Of a DNA stretch of 64,000 nucleotides, positions 43,698-54,489 are shown in pieces. Source of the DNA: Diplonema japonicum. Its lineage: Eukaryota > Protista > Euglenozoa: Diplonemea. Location: positions 310,001 through 374,000 of the forward strand of contig OZ025681.1 in assembly GCA_964019335.1 (NCBI GenBank). The letters are read 5' to 3'. The notes beneath the pieces were generated by a model. That model had not been told where the DNA came from and made no database searches. It saw only the letters and a program-made list of their open reading frames with translations. Position 1 is the first letter of the stretch; the number at the start of each line of letters is the position of its first letter. Both the position numbers and the translations under genes were made by a program.

Positions 43698-46520
43698 TCA
43701 AGAGTCGTCCCCTTTATGTTGCCCGCATCCTTCTAAGAAGCCAGCACCTACCTTGCTCAGAGGAGGGTGCTTCAGGTCTGCAATGGAGCTGCAGTTCTTC
43801 AAAAAGTAATCGCCAACCGCCAGTTGTTTGGTGGTTTGCGGAAAGGTCACAACTTCGAGAGAGGTGCAGTCCCCCAGAAAGCAGTCACCTATGACGGTCA
43901 CCTTGGCCAAGGGAGTCAGATCGATGACTTGGAGGGAGCTGCATTTTGACAAGAAACCACTCTCGATGGTGGTTATGTTGCAGAGGGGAGTCAAGCTTAT
44001 GGTTTGGAGGGAGCTACACGAGGCCAAGAAGAACTCACCTACAGCAGTCAGGAACGACAAGGGGGACAGATCGATTGAGCGGAGGGAGCTGCAGTTGTCC
44101 AAAAAGCAGTCACCGATGCTGGCGACTCCCGAAAGAGGGGTCAAGTCGATGTCCTGCAAGGAGTTGCTGCCTGCAAGAAAACTCTTCCCGATCGCGGTCA
44201 CTGTTGTAAAGCTGGATAAATCAATGCTACTCAGGGAGCTGTCTTCTAGAAAGCAATCGCCGACTGTGGTAACTTGGGATAATGGAACGAGATCGACGGA
44301 GAGGAGGGAGCTGCATCCTGCCAAAAAGCTGCCATCAATTCTGGTAACATTCGAAAAGGCGTAGAGCGAAATCTTTTGAAGGGAGGCACATCCTGCAAAG
44401 AAGCTCCCACTGACAGTAGTCACGCAAAAGCAGTTGGAAAATGTTACAGACTCGAGTGAGGTGCATCTGAACATGAAATGCTCTCCGATGTCAGCCACGT
44501 TGTAGAAGGGTGTCAAGTCAACTGTCCGAAGGGCGCCGCAGAATGACATAAAACTCTTGCCGACAACGGTCACTTTTGAAAAGGGAACCAAATCCACGGA
44601 CTCGAGAGCGCTGCACCTCGACAAGAACCCGTTGCTAATACAGCCCACCTCGTAAAAAGGAGCAAGGGAAACAGCGTGCAGAGAGCTGCAGTTTGACATA
44701 AAAGATGATCCGACGCCTGTCACACACCCATCTCCCGTGAAGACCACAGACTGCACCTCATGGCGGCCCCTCAAGAACCCATCCCCAATGCAAACAGGGG
44801 CGACAATTGAAATTGTAAATGTTAGCACCTTCGAAGTAAGGTCGTCTCCTTCATCTTCATCCTCGGAAGCAGCCAAGAAGCCTTCTGCGATGTCTCCTCC
44901 AACTCCGTCGACTTTCACATACTTGAACTTCAGAACAAAGGGAACGTACTGCCTCTCGATTGTAACATTGCTCGCCCCCGTAAAGTCAATGACAAGGGTC
45001 TCTGCGTTTCCCAAATCCAACCCTGCAAGCTGCTCAAGTTCGTCGTATCTTACTTTTAGTCGCATATTCGACCTGAGATACTTCAGACCTTTCTTGATGG
45101 GACCAACATTGGCCAGTATCTTCAGCCTCTCCGAGTCTTCGATACAGTTCATCTTCACGATGTTAATTACCTCTGCGTTCTGGTCGACAAGCCCCCCTTG
45201 GAAAGAGCAAGTGATTGTGAGGTAGTATGGGTTGTCGTCCAAGACGGAGTCAGTGCGGAACTCGGACATGGGGGGGAGGAGGAGCTCGGACTCCTTTTCG
45301 TATTTCGAGATCTTCTGCAAGGGAAGCCCCTGTTGAACCTTTCGGATCGTGAACAGAACCCCCCTCCCCCTCTTCTTGTTCTCGTCCCCTTTCACAGCAT
45401 TCGCCGCGTCCCCCGAGATGTAGTCCCTGCTCACAGAGGGGTCGAAGGCACAGCTGGAGGGTGCTCCCCACCGGAACACGGCCCCCTTCTCCAGTTCCCC
45501 GTGGAAGGCCACCACATCCGGAGGAAGGTTCGCGAGCCCCCGCGCCAGCTCCAGTTCGTTTTCGGTGCTCTTCTTCCCGCTTCGGAACGGCTTCGAGGCC
45601 ACGCGTGCTATCACCATGATGAAGTTTGCCCACCGGCGCAGAACAGCGAACTGCTCCTCGTCGAAGGGTGCCGTTCGGATGGCCCAGTTCACGGACGAGA
45701 AGATCGCCCCATTCCGCTTCTTCGAGTGCTCCGCCTCGTACGCCTCCCACCCTGCCTTGTCGCTCTCGTAGCTCTCGGGAATCCCTTCGAACGTCATCAG
45801 CCTGTCGATGTCCGGCCCCGCCATCGTGTACAACCGCATCACCAAAAGTTCCACCCTCGTGCTCCCTTTGTAGTGCTCTCGAGAGGTCTTCCACAGCTGC
45901 GAGGTGGCGAGGGACAGGATCTGCAGCTTCTGCGACTCCGACACCCCAGCAGGCGCCACCAGGTTCTCCAGCAGCTCGTCCAGAATGGTCGACGACTTCT
46001 CTTGGTAGGCCTTCACAATCCACTCGTAAGTCTTCCCCTCCGGCGAGACATCCCCGATCCTTTTGTCCCTCAGAGGACTCGCTTCCCACAAGGGCAGCAA
46101 CCCCGTTGCGATGGACTCTAGCTGGTCTTTCGACAGCGGGTTCGCGTTCAACTCCTCCCCCAAGCTGTCCATTCGCTGTTCCCATTCAATGAGCTTCCTA
46201 TTGCCTTGTGCTCGCTCATCCATTCGCTTGTAACATTTCGCTTTCCATTTTGCTACTTCTTTCAATAGTCTTTCTTCTCGTTTTCGAAGCTCGTGTGTTG
46301 CCGCGCTCAAGGCTGCCGCTGTCCTTTCTTTGATCTGTTCCCGCAGCACGTCAGCAGTAGCTTCCACGTTCTTCTCCTTAATGGAAGGTACCAACGCCAT
46401 ATCCACAAAGCGCGCTGCCTCTGCCGCGTACCCGACCGCCCCCGCGTCGGGCACATGTTGCGCCTCGCATTTCATGCACCGCAGCGTGAGCTCGTAAGTT
46501 CCTTCACATGTGTTGGTCAT
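43698..46520 (-). CDS. ADP-ribosyltransferase-LRR fusion protein, short form (tandem paralog)
   Basis: Same ART core (identical amino acids over ~320 residues) and LRR array as 37567..43518, ending right after the LRRs. Confidence 0.85.
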   Translation of the reverse strand: MTNTCEGTYELTLRCMKCEAQHVPDAGAVGYAAEAARFVDMALVPSIKEKNVEATADVLREQIKERTAAALSAATHELRKREERLLKEVAKWKAKCYKRMDERAQGNRKLIEWEQRMDSLGEELNANPLSKDQLESIATGLLPLWEASPLRDKRIGDVSPEGKTYEWIVKAYQEKSSTILDELLENLVAPAGVSESQKLQILSLATSQLWKTSREHYKGSTRVELLVMRLYTMAGPDIDRLMTFEGIPESYESDKAGWEAYEAEHSKKRNGAIFSSVNWAIRTAPFDEEQFAVLRRWANFIMVIARVASKPFRSGKKSTENELELARGLANLPPDVVAFHGELEKGAVFRWGAPSSCAFDPSVSRDYISGDAANAVKGDENKKRGRGVLFTIRKVQQGLPLQKISKYEKESELLLPPMSEFRTDSVLDDNPYYLTITCSFQGGLVDQNAEVINIVKMNCIEDSERLKILANVGPIKKGLKYLRSNMRLKVRYDELEQLAGLDLGNAETLVIDFTGASNVTIERQYVPFVLKFKYVKVDGVGGDIAEGFLAASEDEDEGDDLTSKVLTFTISIVAPVCIGDGFLRGRHEVQSVVFTGDGCVTGVGSSFMSNCSSLHAVSLAPFYEVGCISNGFLSRCSALESVDLVPFSKVTVVGKSFMSFCGALRTVDLTPFYNVADIGEHFMFRCTSLESVTFSNCFCVTTVSGSFFAGCASLQKISLYAFSNVTRIDGSFLAGCSSLLSVDLVPLSQVTTVGDCFLEDSSLSSIDLSSFTTVTAIGKSFLAGSNSLQDIDLTPLSGVASIGDCFLDNCSSLRSIDLSPLSFLTAVGEFFLASCSSLQTISLTPLCNITTIESGFLSKCSSLQVIDLTPLAKVTVIGDCFLGDCTSLEVVTFPQTTKQLAVGDYFLKNCSSIADLKHPPLSKVGAGFLEGCGQHKGDDS

Positions 46521-46591
46521 AAGTTCTTGTGTTCCTGAGAAGAACTTACTTCAGGATCGGGTTAAAAAGAGGAGGGAATAGTATATCTTAA

Positions 46592-48940
46592 CTAATCGCA
46601 GACAATCTCTAGGAGGAAGCCGGGGATATAGTCCGGCTGTGGTTCGTACTGCTGTTGTTTGAGGCCGGCAGCGATCTTTCGCAAAGCCGACGGGGTGCGG
46701 AAGAAGAAGGACACGAAGGAGACTGCTCTACCGGACGCCGAAACAGCGCGCTGCCAAGCACGGTGCTCAGCAGAAATGTACATTAAGATATCTATCACAA
46801 GCTTCAACACGATTAAATTCATGGCGGTAATGGCAAGATTCCCAGCGGTGGCTGCGGACCAGTGTTCGGTAGGTTTCTGCACGCCCAAAGCCGTGATGAT
46901 GCACCCGGTCATGACCATCTCGACAATCAAAATAAGCATTTCGAAAACCGTTTCGTACGTGGCAAGATAAGGCCCTCTTGAGACGGCCAGCACGCCAATG
47001 TATATTATAATGAAACACAGCACAACAATGCTCTTCGCCCTGCATTGTTTATGGGTCAGCGGTTCGTACGCTTCAATAACCCCAACGGCCGCAGTGAACC
47101 CAAGGTCCCATAGCAGAAGGTAGTGTAATCCTGGTTTGAAGCAGTCGAATACAAGTTTGTGCCGGTTCATCCACTTCTCCTCATCGGGGTTCTTCTCAAC
47201 CCATTCAAGGGCGCCGGTAAAGAAAGCGTTCTTCGAACGAATCGCAATAGTGATTGCGCGGTGTCTGGCTTTCTCACATGTTGAGTAAACGTAATACAGA
47301 AAAAACGGGGGGAACACAGCAAGATCGGTAGCAGCGATGACATTGTATGGGAAGGAGGAATAGAAGACGCAAGAGGTGCAGGAAACAGCCGCGGACCCGA
47401 ATAGAAAAACCAATGGAATCGAAATCCAACCGGAACGGTCAGGAAACATCAAAGCAAGGCACGCAACAAGAATCTGCATACACACATTGCTCAGAACGGC
47501 TCCGTTGACGTCGGTCATTTTAGGGTCATCGCCAAGCTGCAGGCGAAAGGGGTTTGTGAGTCGGTCGACTTCTATTCGGCCGTCCTTCGGGCAGTACATA
47601 CCCATGGTTAGGATAACGACCTTCATAACCGCGCCTCCCCCGCCCACTGACGCAGGGACTAACCCCGCTGTCCCTAGCATCACTGCCCCTCCGACTGTTG
47701 TCACAACCCTTACTGCCTTTTCATTGGGCATTTCAGACGGTTGTGACTGCAGGTGTATCTCGGCAATGCACTGTTTATTGCATTTGCATGTTAGTCTATC
47801 TTCTCCATTGTCATCAGTGCAGATGGAATCGTAAACAGTATCAGGAAAGATGGCTGAAGGGAGCTTCACAGTTATATCCTCGCTCATCGGGGCGTACGCG
47901 CGGAAGCCCCCATCACTCAAGGAGACTCCCAACACCCGTTTGTCGTCCCCGTGAACGATTTTCAAAAAGTCCGGGTTTTTTGAGAATGTTGCGGCGAAAC
48001 CAGTGGGGTTGAAGCTGGGCGGCACGTTGGTTGTCATTTCGATGCATGGGTCTTGGCACGGATTCGGCACGCTTGAACCACCACCAGGCCACGCTACAGA
48101 AATACCCCGTGGAGTGGTGAGATTGCGTGTTGTATTCAAAAGCTCGAATGTGATCACCACCCCGGTTTCATGAACAAACAACGCATCAACATACGGGGTT
48201 CGAAGGGTGAACACCGCCCCGGGCTCTGCAGGGGGAAGCACAGGGGGCTCGCTGATATCATTAGCCAGCATGACAACCTCCTCTTTCGTCAAACAGCTCC
48301 CGTACATCCCCACATCATCAAACCTCCCTGAGACGTTGGCCCCGAAAAGCAGCGTTGTGGGAAACGACATAGAAACACCGCTTCCGGCTGGAGGTTCCAC
48401 GGCATCCCCTGGCTTACCATCGAGGTACAATAGAACCTCAGGGTTTCGATCGTCGGAAAAGTTTAAAGTCGTTGCGATGTGCACCCACCTCCCTGTTGGT
48501 GTGTCTTGAACCGATCGTTGCACGACTTTCTGCTTGTATCTTGTTTCAAGTACACTGTTTGCGCTTGGGTCAAGTTGGATAGAAACCTCCGGCTCCGATA
48601 CCGACAGGATGCTTGAGGTGAGGCCTGTAGCAATGGAGTTCAGGAACACCCACACAACAAGGGAAAACCCGGCTGTGGTGCCGCGGGGTTTGAGGTGGAC
48701 GGTCACAGCATCGTTGCTGCCGTTGAAGGCCGCTGAAGAGTTCGCTCTGTCCCTTCTGTCCTCGGTGTAGCCTGTGAATGCCTTGCCCACCGATACCACA
48801 TCTACTAGATTCCCGGCTTGGCCGTCAGCCGTGTTGCCATCCAGTGAAAACTCAACCAACAACCCGTCGCTTATCCTTGCACACGACCTAACTGTGAGCA
48901 GGATCAGTAAAAAAGGTACCCATAGTTTTTTTTTAGGCAT
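46592..48940 (-). CDS. Surface protein with signal peptide, LamG/concanavalin-A-like domain and multi-pass C-terminal TM region
   Basis: Likely start MPKKKLWV at 48940; the upstream in-frame part is homopolymer spacer. FSLVVWV, GRWVHIATT, LYLDGK and GRFDDVGMY are LamG-like; there are 7 or more hydrophobic helices at the C-terminus. Confidence 0.8.
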   Translation of the reverse strand: MPKKKLWVPFLLILLTVRSCARISDGLLVEFSLDGNTADGQAGNLVDVVSVGKAFTGYTEDRRDRANSSAAFNGSNDAVTVHLKPRGTTAGFSLVVWVFLNSIATGLTSSILSVSEPEVSIQLDPSANSVLETRYKQKVVQRSVQDTPTGRWVHIATTLNFSDDRNPEVLLYLDGKPGDAVEPPAGSGVSMSFPTTLLFGANVSGRFDDVGMYGSCLTKEEVVMLANDISEPPVLPPAEPGAVFTLRTPYVDALFVHETGVVITFELLNTTRNLTTPRGISVAWPGGGSSVPNPCQDPCIEMTTNVPPSFNPTGFAATFSKNPDFLKIVHGDDKRVLGVSLSDGGFRAYAPMSEDITVKLPSAIFPDTVYDSICTDDNGEDRLTCKCNKQCIAEIHLQSQPSEMPNEKAVRVVTTVGGAVMLGTAGLVPASVGGGGAVMKVVILTMGMYCPKDGRIEVDRLTNPFRLQLGDDPKMTDVNGAVLSNVCMQILVACLALMFPDRSGWISIPLVFLFGSAAVSCTSCVFYSSFPYNVIAATDLAVFPPFFLYYVYSTCEKARHRAITIAIRSKNAFFTGALEWVEKNPDEEKWMNRHKLVFDCFKPGLHYLLLWDLGFTAAVGVIEAYEPLTHKQCRAKSIVVLCFIIIYIGVLAVSRGPYLATYETVFEMLILIVEMVMTGCIITALGVQKPTEHWSAATAGNLAITAMNLIVLKLVIDILMYISAEHRAWQRAVSASGRAVSFVSFFFRTPSALRKIAAGLKQQQYEPQPDYIPGFLLEIVCD

Positions 48941-49582
48941 GCTGGTTGGGGGGGGGGGGGGGGGTGTTATGCAATACGATAAATAAAAATCTAAAAGGAG
49001 AGAACTCCAAAAAAACGTTTTTTTTTTTTTCCTGAATAAAAAAAAGCAGGTCTTTTGGAATGGAAAACAAGTCAAAAAGACCTGTTGAAAAAAAAAAAAA
49101 AAAGAGAAAGGAAAAGGGAAACATGAGAGGGAACAAGTAAAAGACTATTGAGAAAGAAGAAAGGGGGAAAACAGTGGGGGGGGGGGGGGTGAGAAAAGAA
49201 AACCCTTTAGAACTCAGCCCTTATTCTTTTTTTCTGCTCCAGTGGACGACAGAATAGGAAATAGGGAGAAAAGGAAAATACTCGAAAAATTCACCATGAT
49301 AGGAATGAAGCGGTTAGCAACGGCCCGCCGAAAAAAAAAACCCCATCCGACAAAAAAAAGAAAAGAAAACGTTAACATGGGAGGGCTTGAAAAAAAGAAA
49401 GTTAGATTCTACGTTCTATCCATTTTTTTTTCTCATTTTTTTTTTTTTTTTTTTTTTCGTTGTGTTGTAAATAAGAACTCCCATAAAAAAATTTCAAAAA
49501 AAAAAAAGGGTCAAAAGACTCGGTTTAAAAAAAAAACACTCTTTTGACCTTACCCGCGGGGGCAGAAAACACTGTACTGTGC

Positions 49583-49618
<36 letters not shown>

Positions 49619-50547
49619 AAGAAAAAAAAGAAGAATTGTGTCATTTTTTTTTCTTTTTTTTCTTTTTCCCCCCGGCCAATCAGGGTAGTGATTCGGTAAA
49701 ATGAATGGGAGGGGGGGAAAAAAAAGAAAAAAAAAAAAAAAAAAAAAAAGGTTCATATCGTGCCGTGATCGATGGTATAAAATGTGGTGGGTCGAGTGGA
49801 GTGAAATAAAAATTGGAACATTGGCATTGTAAAATTAAATTTAGAAAAGTGTTGTTGTAAAAACCATATCACTGGGATATAGTTTATGTCAACCCGACCT
49901 GAAGCCACCACCCTTTTCGCGGTAGAATATGTAAAAAAAAAGGGGGGGGGGTGAGGGAAAAGGGAGGTGAGTAAAGAACGGAAACAAAAATAACTAATAT
50001 TAAAAGTACACCCACCCAACGTGAGAAAAAGGAATTCAACCTTTACTACGTGTGACTTACATCATGCATTCAGGCACGATTGTGGCTGCTCTTTTTTCGC
50101 TCTTTTTTTTTTTTTTTTTTTTATTTTTCTTCTGGCGTTTTGTGCGCACCAGCACCTTTTAGTTTAAAGAAAAAAAGAAAAAAAGGAGGAAACATTGTCT
50201 TTGAAAGGAGCCTGCCTGACATCTCTTGTGTTTGACCCTATCTGTAGAGTTGTAAAAAAAAAAAAAAAAAAAAAGAAGAAGAGGGGAAAATAATAAAAGT
50301 TGTACCCTTGCAAAAGGTCTCCCCCTTCCCCCGGCTTAAAGCCCGGGAAAAAAAAAAAAGGAAAAAAAAAAAAAAGAAAACTCGATAATAAATGTGCGAG
50401 ACAAAGGAAGCCGGTGTTGGTGGCGCCCTATATGAGCTCGGCCGGATTAAATGTCAACACTTTTTTTTTTTTTTTTTGGCAATTCGAAAAATTTTTGTTT
50501 GATTATTTGAGATTTGTAATTTCCAAAAACCAAAAAAAAAAAAAAAA

Positions 50548-53500
50548 CTCGATAAAAATTTCAGTGTGCATGGGGGTGCTCACTGTTCAGGTAGAAATTC
50601 ACACTAATCGGTCACCGTTCTGCGGTTGCTGTCTGGTGCCTGCGGTGGCTGTTTGTCGCGATGAGATGGACGGCATCTGGGCGAGAAACATTGCTTGGAG
50701 TCGTGCTAGGTAGGGGGGGGTTTGGCTCGAGGAGAAGAGTGGTCTCCTGTCGTAGCCGTGTGCCGTCGGGGCCCCAAGATGTCGAAGGGTATGCACCCTT
50801 GATTTGGCGTTGGCGGGGGAAGGCTGACCTTCCACAGCGTGCTGAGCATTTCTGGATGCGACCCAAGATGTATCGCATCCTTGCGGCCTTCTCCGTGAGC
50901 AGGTCTTGATCGTCGAGGGGACCTATGAGCGACCGGCGGGTGGTCTGCTCATAGTCTATGGCGAGTTCCATTGTCGTGACGGAAGTTTTCTTCTTACCAT
51001 CGTACCATCGTAGGCCTCTTAGCCACTTGAGGACGTTCTTCAAATGAAAGGTCAGGACCGCGCCTGACGCCCCGTTCGCCTTCAACAACGCTTCCGTCGG
51101 AACATCATGTTGCCTCCCTGTCGTTACCTCATCCCAAGGGTTGGAGGTGAGCACTCTCTTGCTTTTTTCCGCTGCTCTGGCGTCACGGACCGTCACTACT
51201 TTCAGGAGGTATTGTTGCACCATCCTGGCACGTTCTTTCCCTGCTTTGTCGGCTCCTCTTGGGACTATCCCGTGAAGGGCTGTGGCAGCTGGGAGGCCTT
51301 CTCGCTTCACCTCTGCGTATTGCTCGCTTTCCAACACACTCCTTGCCGGCTCGCACTCCCACAGTGCATGCTCCGTCATGCTGGTCGTTGTCTGGGACCG
51401 GTGGTCGCAAACGTCACACGCTAATGCTGGGTTTTCCACACCAGGGCCATCCAATTTTCTCCCCCACACCCTCGGGTGAGTCGTGAACACTGCACCACTA
51501 ATGATGCGCCGCAACCTAAAGGACACCAACGGTCTCCGGGCCTGGAGCTTTTTCCACCAATAGTTCGTGGACGGGCACGCCCCTGCCTCCATCCCCACGA
51601 AGGTTGATCTCTTCTCGATCAGCCTCTTCGCAACTGCCGGTCTGATGGCTTGCCTCACTTTGTGAGCCACCGCTGTATCTCCGTGCAGGTCGGCCACAAA
51701 GGACCATCCCTTCCCCAGAAAGGGGAGCCATCTGTTCCGCAGGACTCCAATCGGACCCATCACCTCATCGTCATCACGGTCCTGGTATAGACCAATGATC
51801 TCACCAACACGCGTAGATGACCTTCGACAACGGATGTGCCGTATGCCCTGGCAGCAGAACGTTCAGTACAGACACGGGGTTTCTCATCCCGAACTGGGGC
51901 CCCACAAGGAGATCACTGCCCCTGTACACATCTTCTTCAGCTGGTCGTCCGAGGGTGCCGCATACGTCGCTCCGTATGCTCGTCAACATCGTCGACTTGT
52001 TCTCAAACCCTAGTGGCAAAGCTCCGAGACGGGTCAGGCGTCCCTCCGCTGCGTCCAGCTTGTCCAGCCTGTGATTCCCATCCATGTTCAGGTTCACGCC
52101 AAGTGATTTGATCTCCCTAGCTACCTTGAACGAGGAACCGGTGCATACTAAACTAGGGCCGATCTCGTTTTTCGTCGAGAATCCCTGCGACTTCTTTCCG
52201 TTGAGGCGCATCTCTGTCCGGTCCCCGAACTCGATCACCTTGTTGGTCGCCCTTGTCAGGACCTCCGCTAAACGCGCCAGGAGGTACACGTCATCCGCGT
52301 ACGAAAGTGACCAAGCTCCTGGTACTTCCGTCATCACGCACTTCACCATCACCGACACCAAGGCGTTCACCATGATTACCGAGATGGGGCACCCTTGCAG
52401 GATACCATTCGTCACTCGGAACTCTGAGCCAACACCTGTCGGGAAACGGAATCGCCGCTTCAGGTTCGCATACATAGCTTTCAAGGGGGTCAGTATCCGC
52501 TCGTGCAAACCGAGATCTTGCATCAGGCCAAAAGCTATCTGCTGTGGGACTCTGTCGAAGCACTTGACAAAATCCAACGCAATGCCGTTGAGAGGGGTGC
52601 CTGTCAACAGCGCCTCTTCGAGCTGTGTACTGAGCTCCATCAGAATGCTATCCGTGCCTCTCTTCGGTCTGAAACCATGCTGAGAGTCGTCGATCCACTT
52701 CTCTTGCCACAGCGTGATGTCACGCAGCCTCGCACATGCCCACAGCCGATAGACCGCGCTCGTGACTGTGATCGGCCGATGGTTCAGAGGAGTTCTCTCG
52801 CCACCCTTCGGGATCAACGTCACCAGCGCTGTCAGGAGTGCTTTCGGCCACTTCCCTGTCGTCTCGATTGCGTTGAACAGCTCGGCCCAAGCATCCAGCA
52901 GTACTACCGGCATGGCACGCAGTTCCGCCCATCCATCCACCCCTGGAGCCGTTCTCGTTGACTTCTTGGCCAACACCGCCCTCAGATCCTCTCCTGTAAG
53001 TGGTCGAAGTTCCATCTTCTGCGACACGATGTACTCCCTGTACCTCGTTCTAAAGGCGTTGTACTGCGGCTCTCCTCGATCCCCACCGTACAGCTGAAAA
53101 ATAGGGTCCCACTCCTTGTGCATCATCTTGTCCATCTCTTCAAGATCTGCCGTGAGAACCCCGTCGCCTTCCACTGCCTGCGTTGCTGATGCCGTTGTGC
53201 CCTTCGCGAAGGCGGTCACCCTCTTCCGTTCCTCCCTGAAGTGGGTGTTGATCCTCTCTTCATACTTCCTTTCACGCTCGACCCTCGCGTCCTTTGCGAT
53301 CACTCGCGCCAGAGCGGACAGGTCGTCGTCTAGGCGTTGAAGTTTGATGATAATCGTTTCAAAATTGTCCTTCATCAGACCCACCTCGCATCTCGGAAGC
53401 TGCGGGAGCTTCGCTAGCACCTTTATAGCATTCGCCCAAGTCCTCAGCAGCTGCTCCGGCATGTTGCTTGCTAGTCCCCTGTCGAGCAGATCTTGGACTC

Positions 53501-53558
53501 CCGCAAGGATGTGCGAGACTTTCCGCTTCACCTCGGCGATGCACTTCTGCCAGCCCAC
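50548..53558 (-). mobile_element. 5'-truncated, frameshifted non-LTR retrotransposon (RT plus C-terminal CCHC domain)
   Basis: RT motifs APGVDG, LIPK, RPITV, QHGFRP, LDFVKCFD, GILQGCPIS, YADD and LGV in 51801..53558. CCHC knuckle in 50612..51763. No endonuclease is seen (5' end missing); frameshifts lie near 51950-51770 and 50800. Confidence 0.92.
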
Positions 53559-54489
53559 TAAAAAAAAGAAACCGTTCTAAAAAAGATGTTTTTGCACACG
53601 CGTTTTAAAAAATAAAACAAACGGCGAGCATTTTGACCATAGCCTAGACCGCAATTCTGCACACAAAGTGGTGTCGGACTACTTTTCTAAGAGGGTCATT
53701 ATTTGTAGACATTTTTTTTCCGGACGAGCTCATATTTAAAAAAAAAAAAAGGAAAAAAGGAAAAGAGAAGGAACAGAGGGGAAGAAAAGCAAGCCCTTTT
53801 TTTTTTTTCTTTTTTGTTTTCCTCTTTCTTCTTCTCCCTCTTCCGCCCTCTTTAACTTGGCTGTCACAAAACATATTCTCATTTACAATTCTCATTATTG
53901 TTTATTTTCTTTTTCTTCTTTTTCTCTTCTTTTTATTCGTTCTTGTTCAAAGCAAAAAAAAAAAAAAAAAAAAGGGACCGAATGTCTTCAACACTTCCTT
54001 TAGGTCAAATAGGATAGGTAGCTCCTCCGCTTTGTCCGAGCTGCGAAAGCGAAGTGCCCTTTTTTTTTTTCCTTTTTTTTTTTCGGTTCGTTTTCCTCTT
54101 CTTTTTTTGTTTTCTTTTGTGTGTCAAGGTTAGGGAGATAAAAAAAAAAAAGTGATACTAAAAGATGTCCTTAAAGAGAACCTGCAGTATTCGACAGGTC
54201 CGCCTGACGACAGTCAACAAAAAAAATAAAATAAAAATAAAATCGAAAAAGTTCTCATTCTTCCTCCTTCTCTCTTTCGTTCGATAAAAAAGAATAGAAA
54301 GAAAAGGGGGAAGAGAGAGTTTCTTTCGATTGATGGCGCATAAAGTAAAGAGAGGGAATAAATAAAAAATAGAATTCGATAAAAATTCATCAGTGCAGGG
54401 GGGTGCTTACCAGAGAAAAAAAAAGTGAGTTAAAAAAAAAACAAATGGGCTAGATAGCTTTTGTTTTTCTTCTCTTTCTCCAAATACTT

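Noticed and set aside
42151-46192. 300-aa antisense and alternative-frame ORFs over the ART cores (also over the metacaspase and cathepsin genes)
   Set aside because: Expected by-product of GC-rich third codon positions. They are duplicated only because the host segments are duplicated and show no motifs.
48941-49075. N-terminal extensions given by the ORF track for 46592..49075, 57981..60137, 60165..61760 and 1599..2741
   Set aside because: They start at non-ATG codons and/or run through homopolymer spacer. Downstream ATGs (48940, 60092, 61505) give sensible N-termini; the 1599..2741 ORF is a retroelement fragment.
50548-53558. RT as a retron, DGR, group II intron or telomerase
   Set aside because: The motif set (APGxDG, RPI, QxGF, GxxQG, YADD), downstream CCHC knuckle and multiple 5'-truncated relatives fit a non-LTR retrotransposon. 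No template/variable repeat pair is seen.
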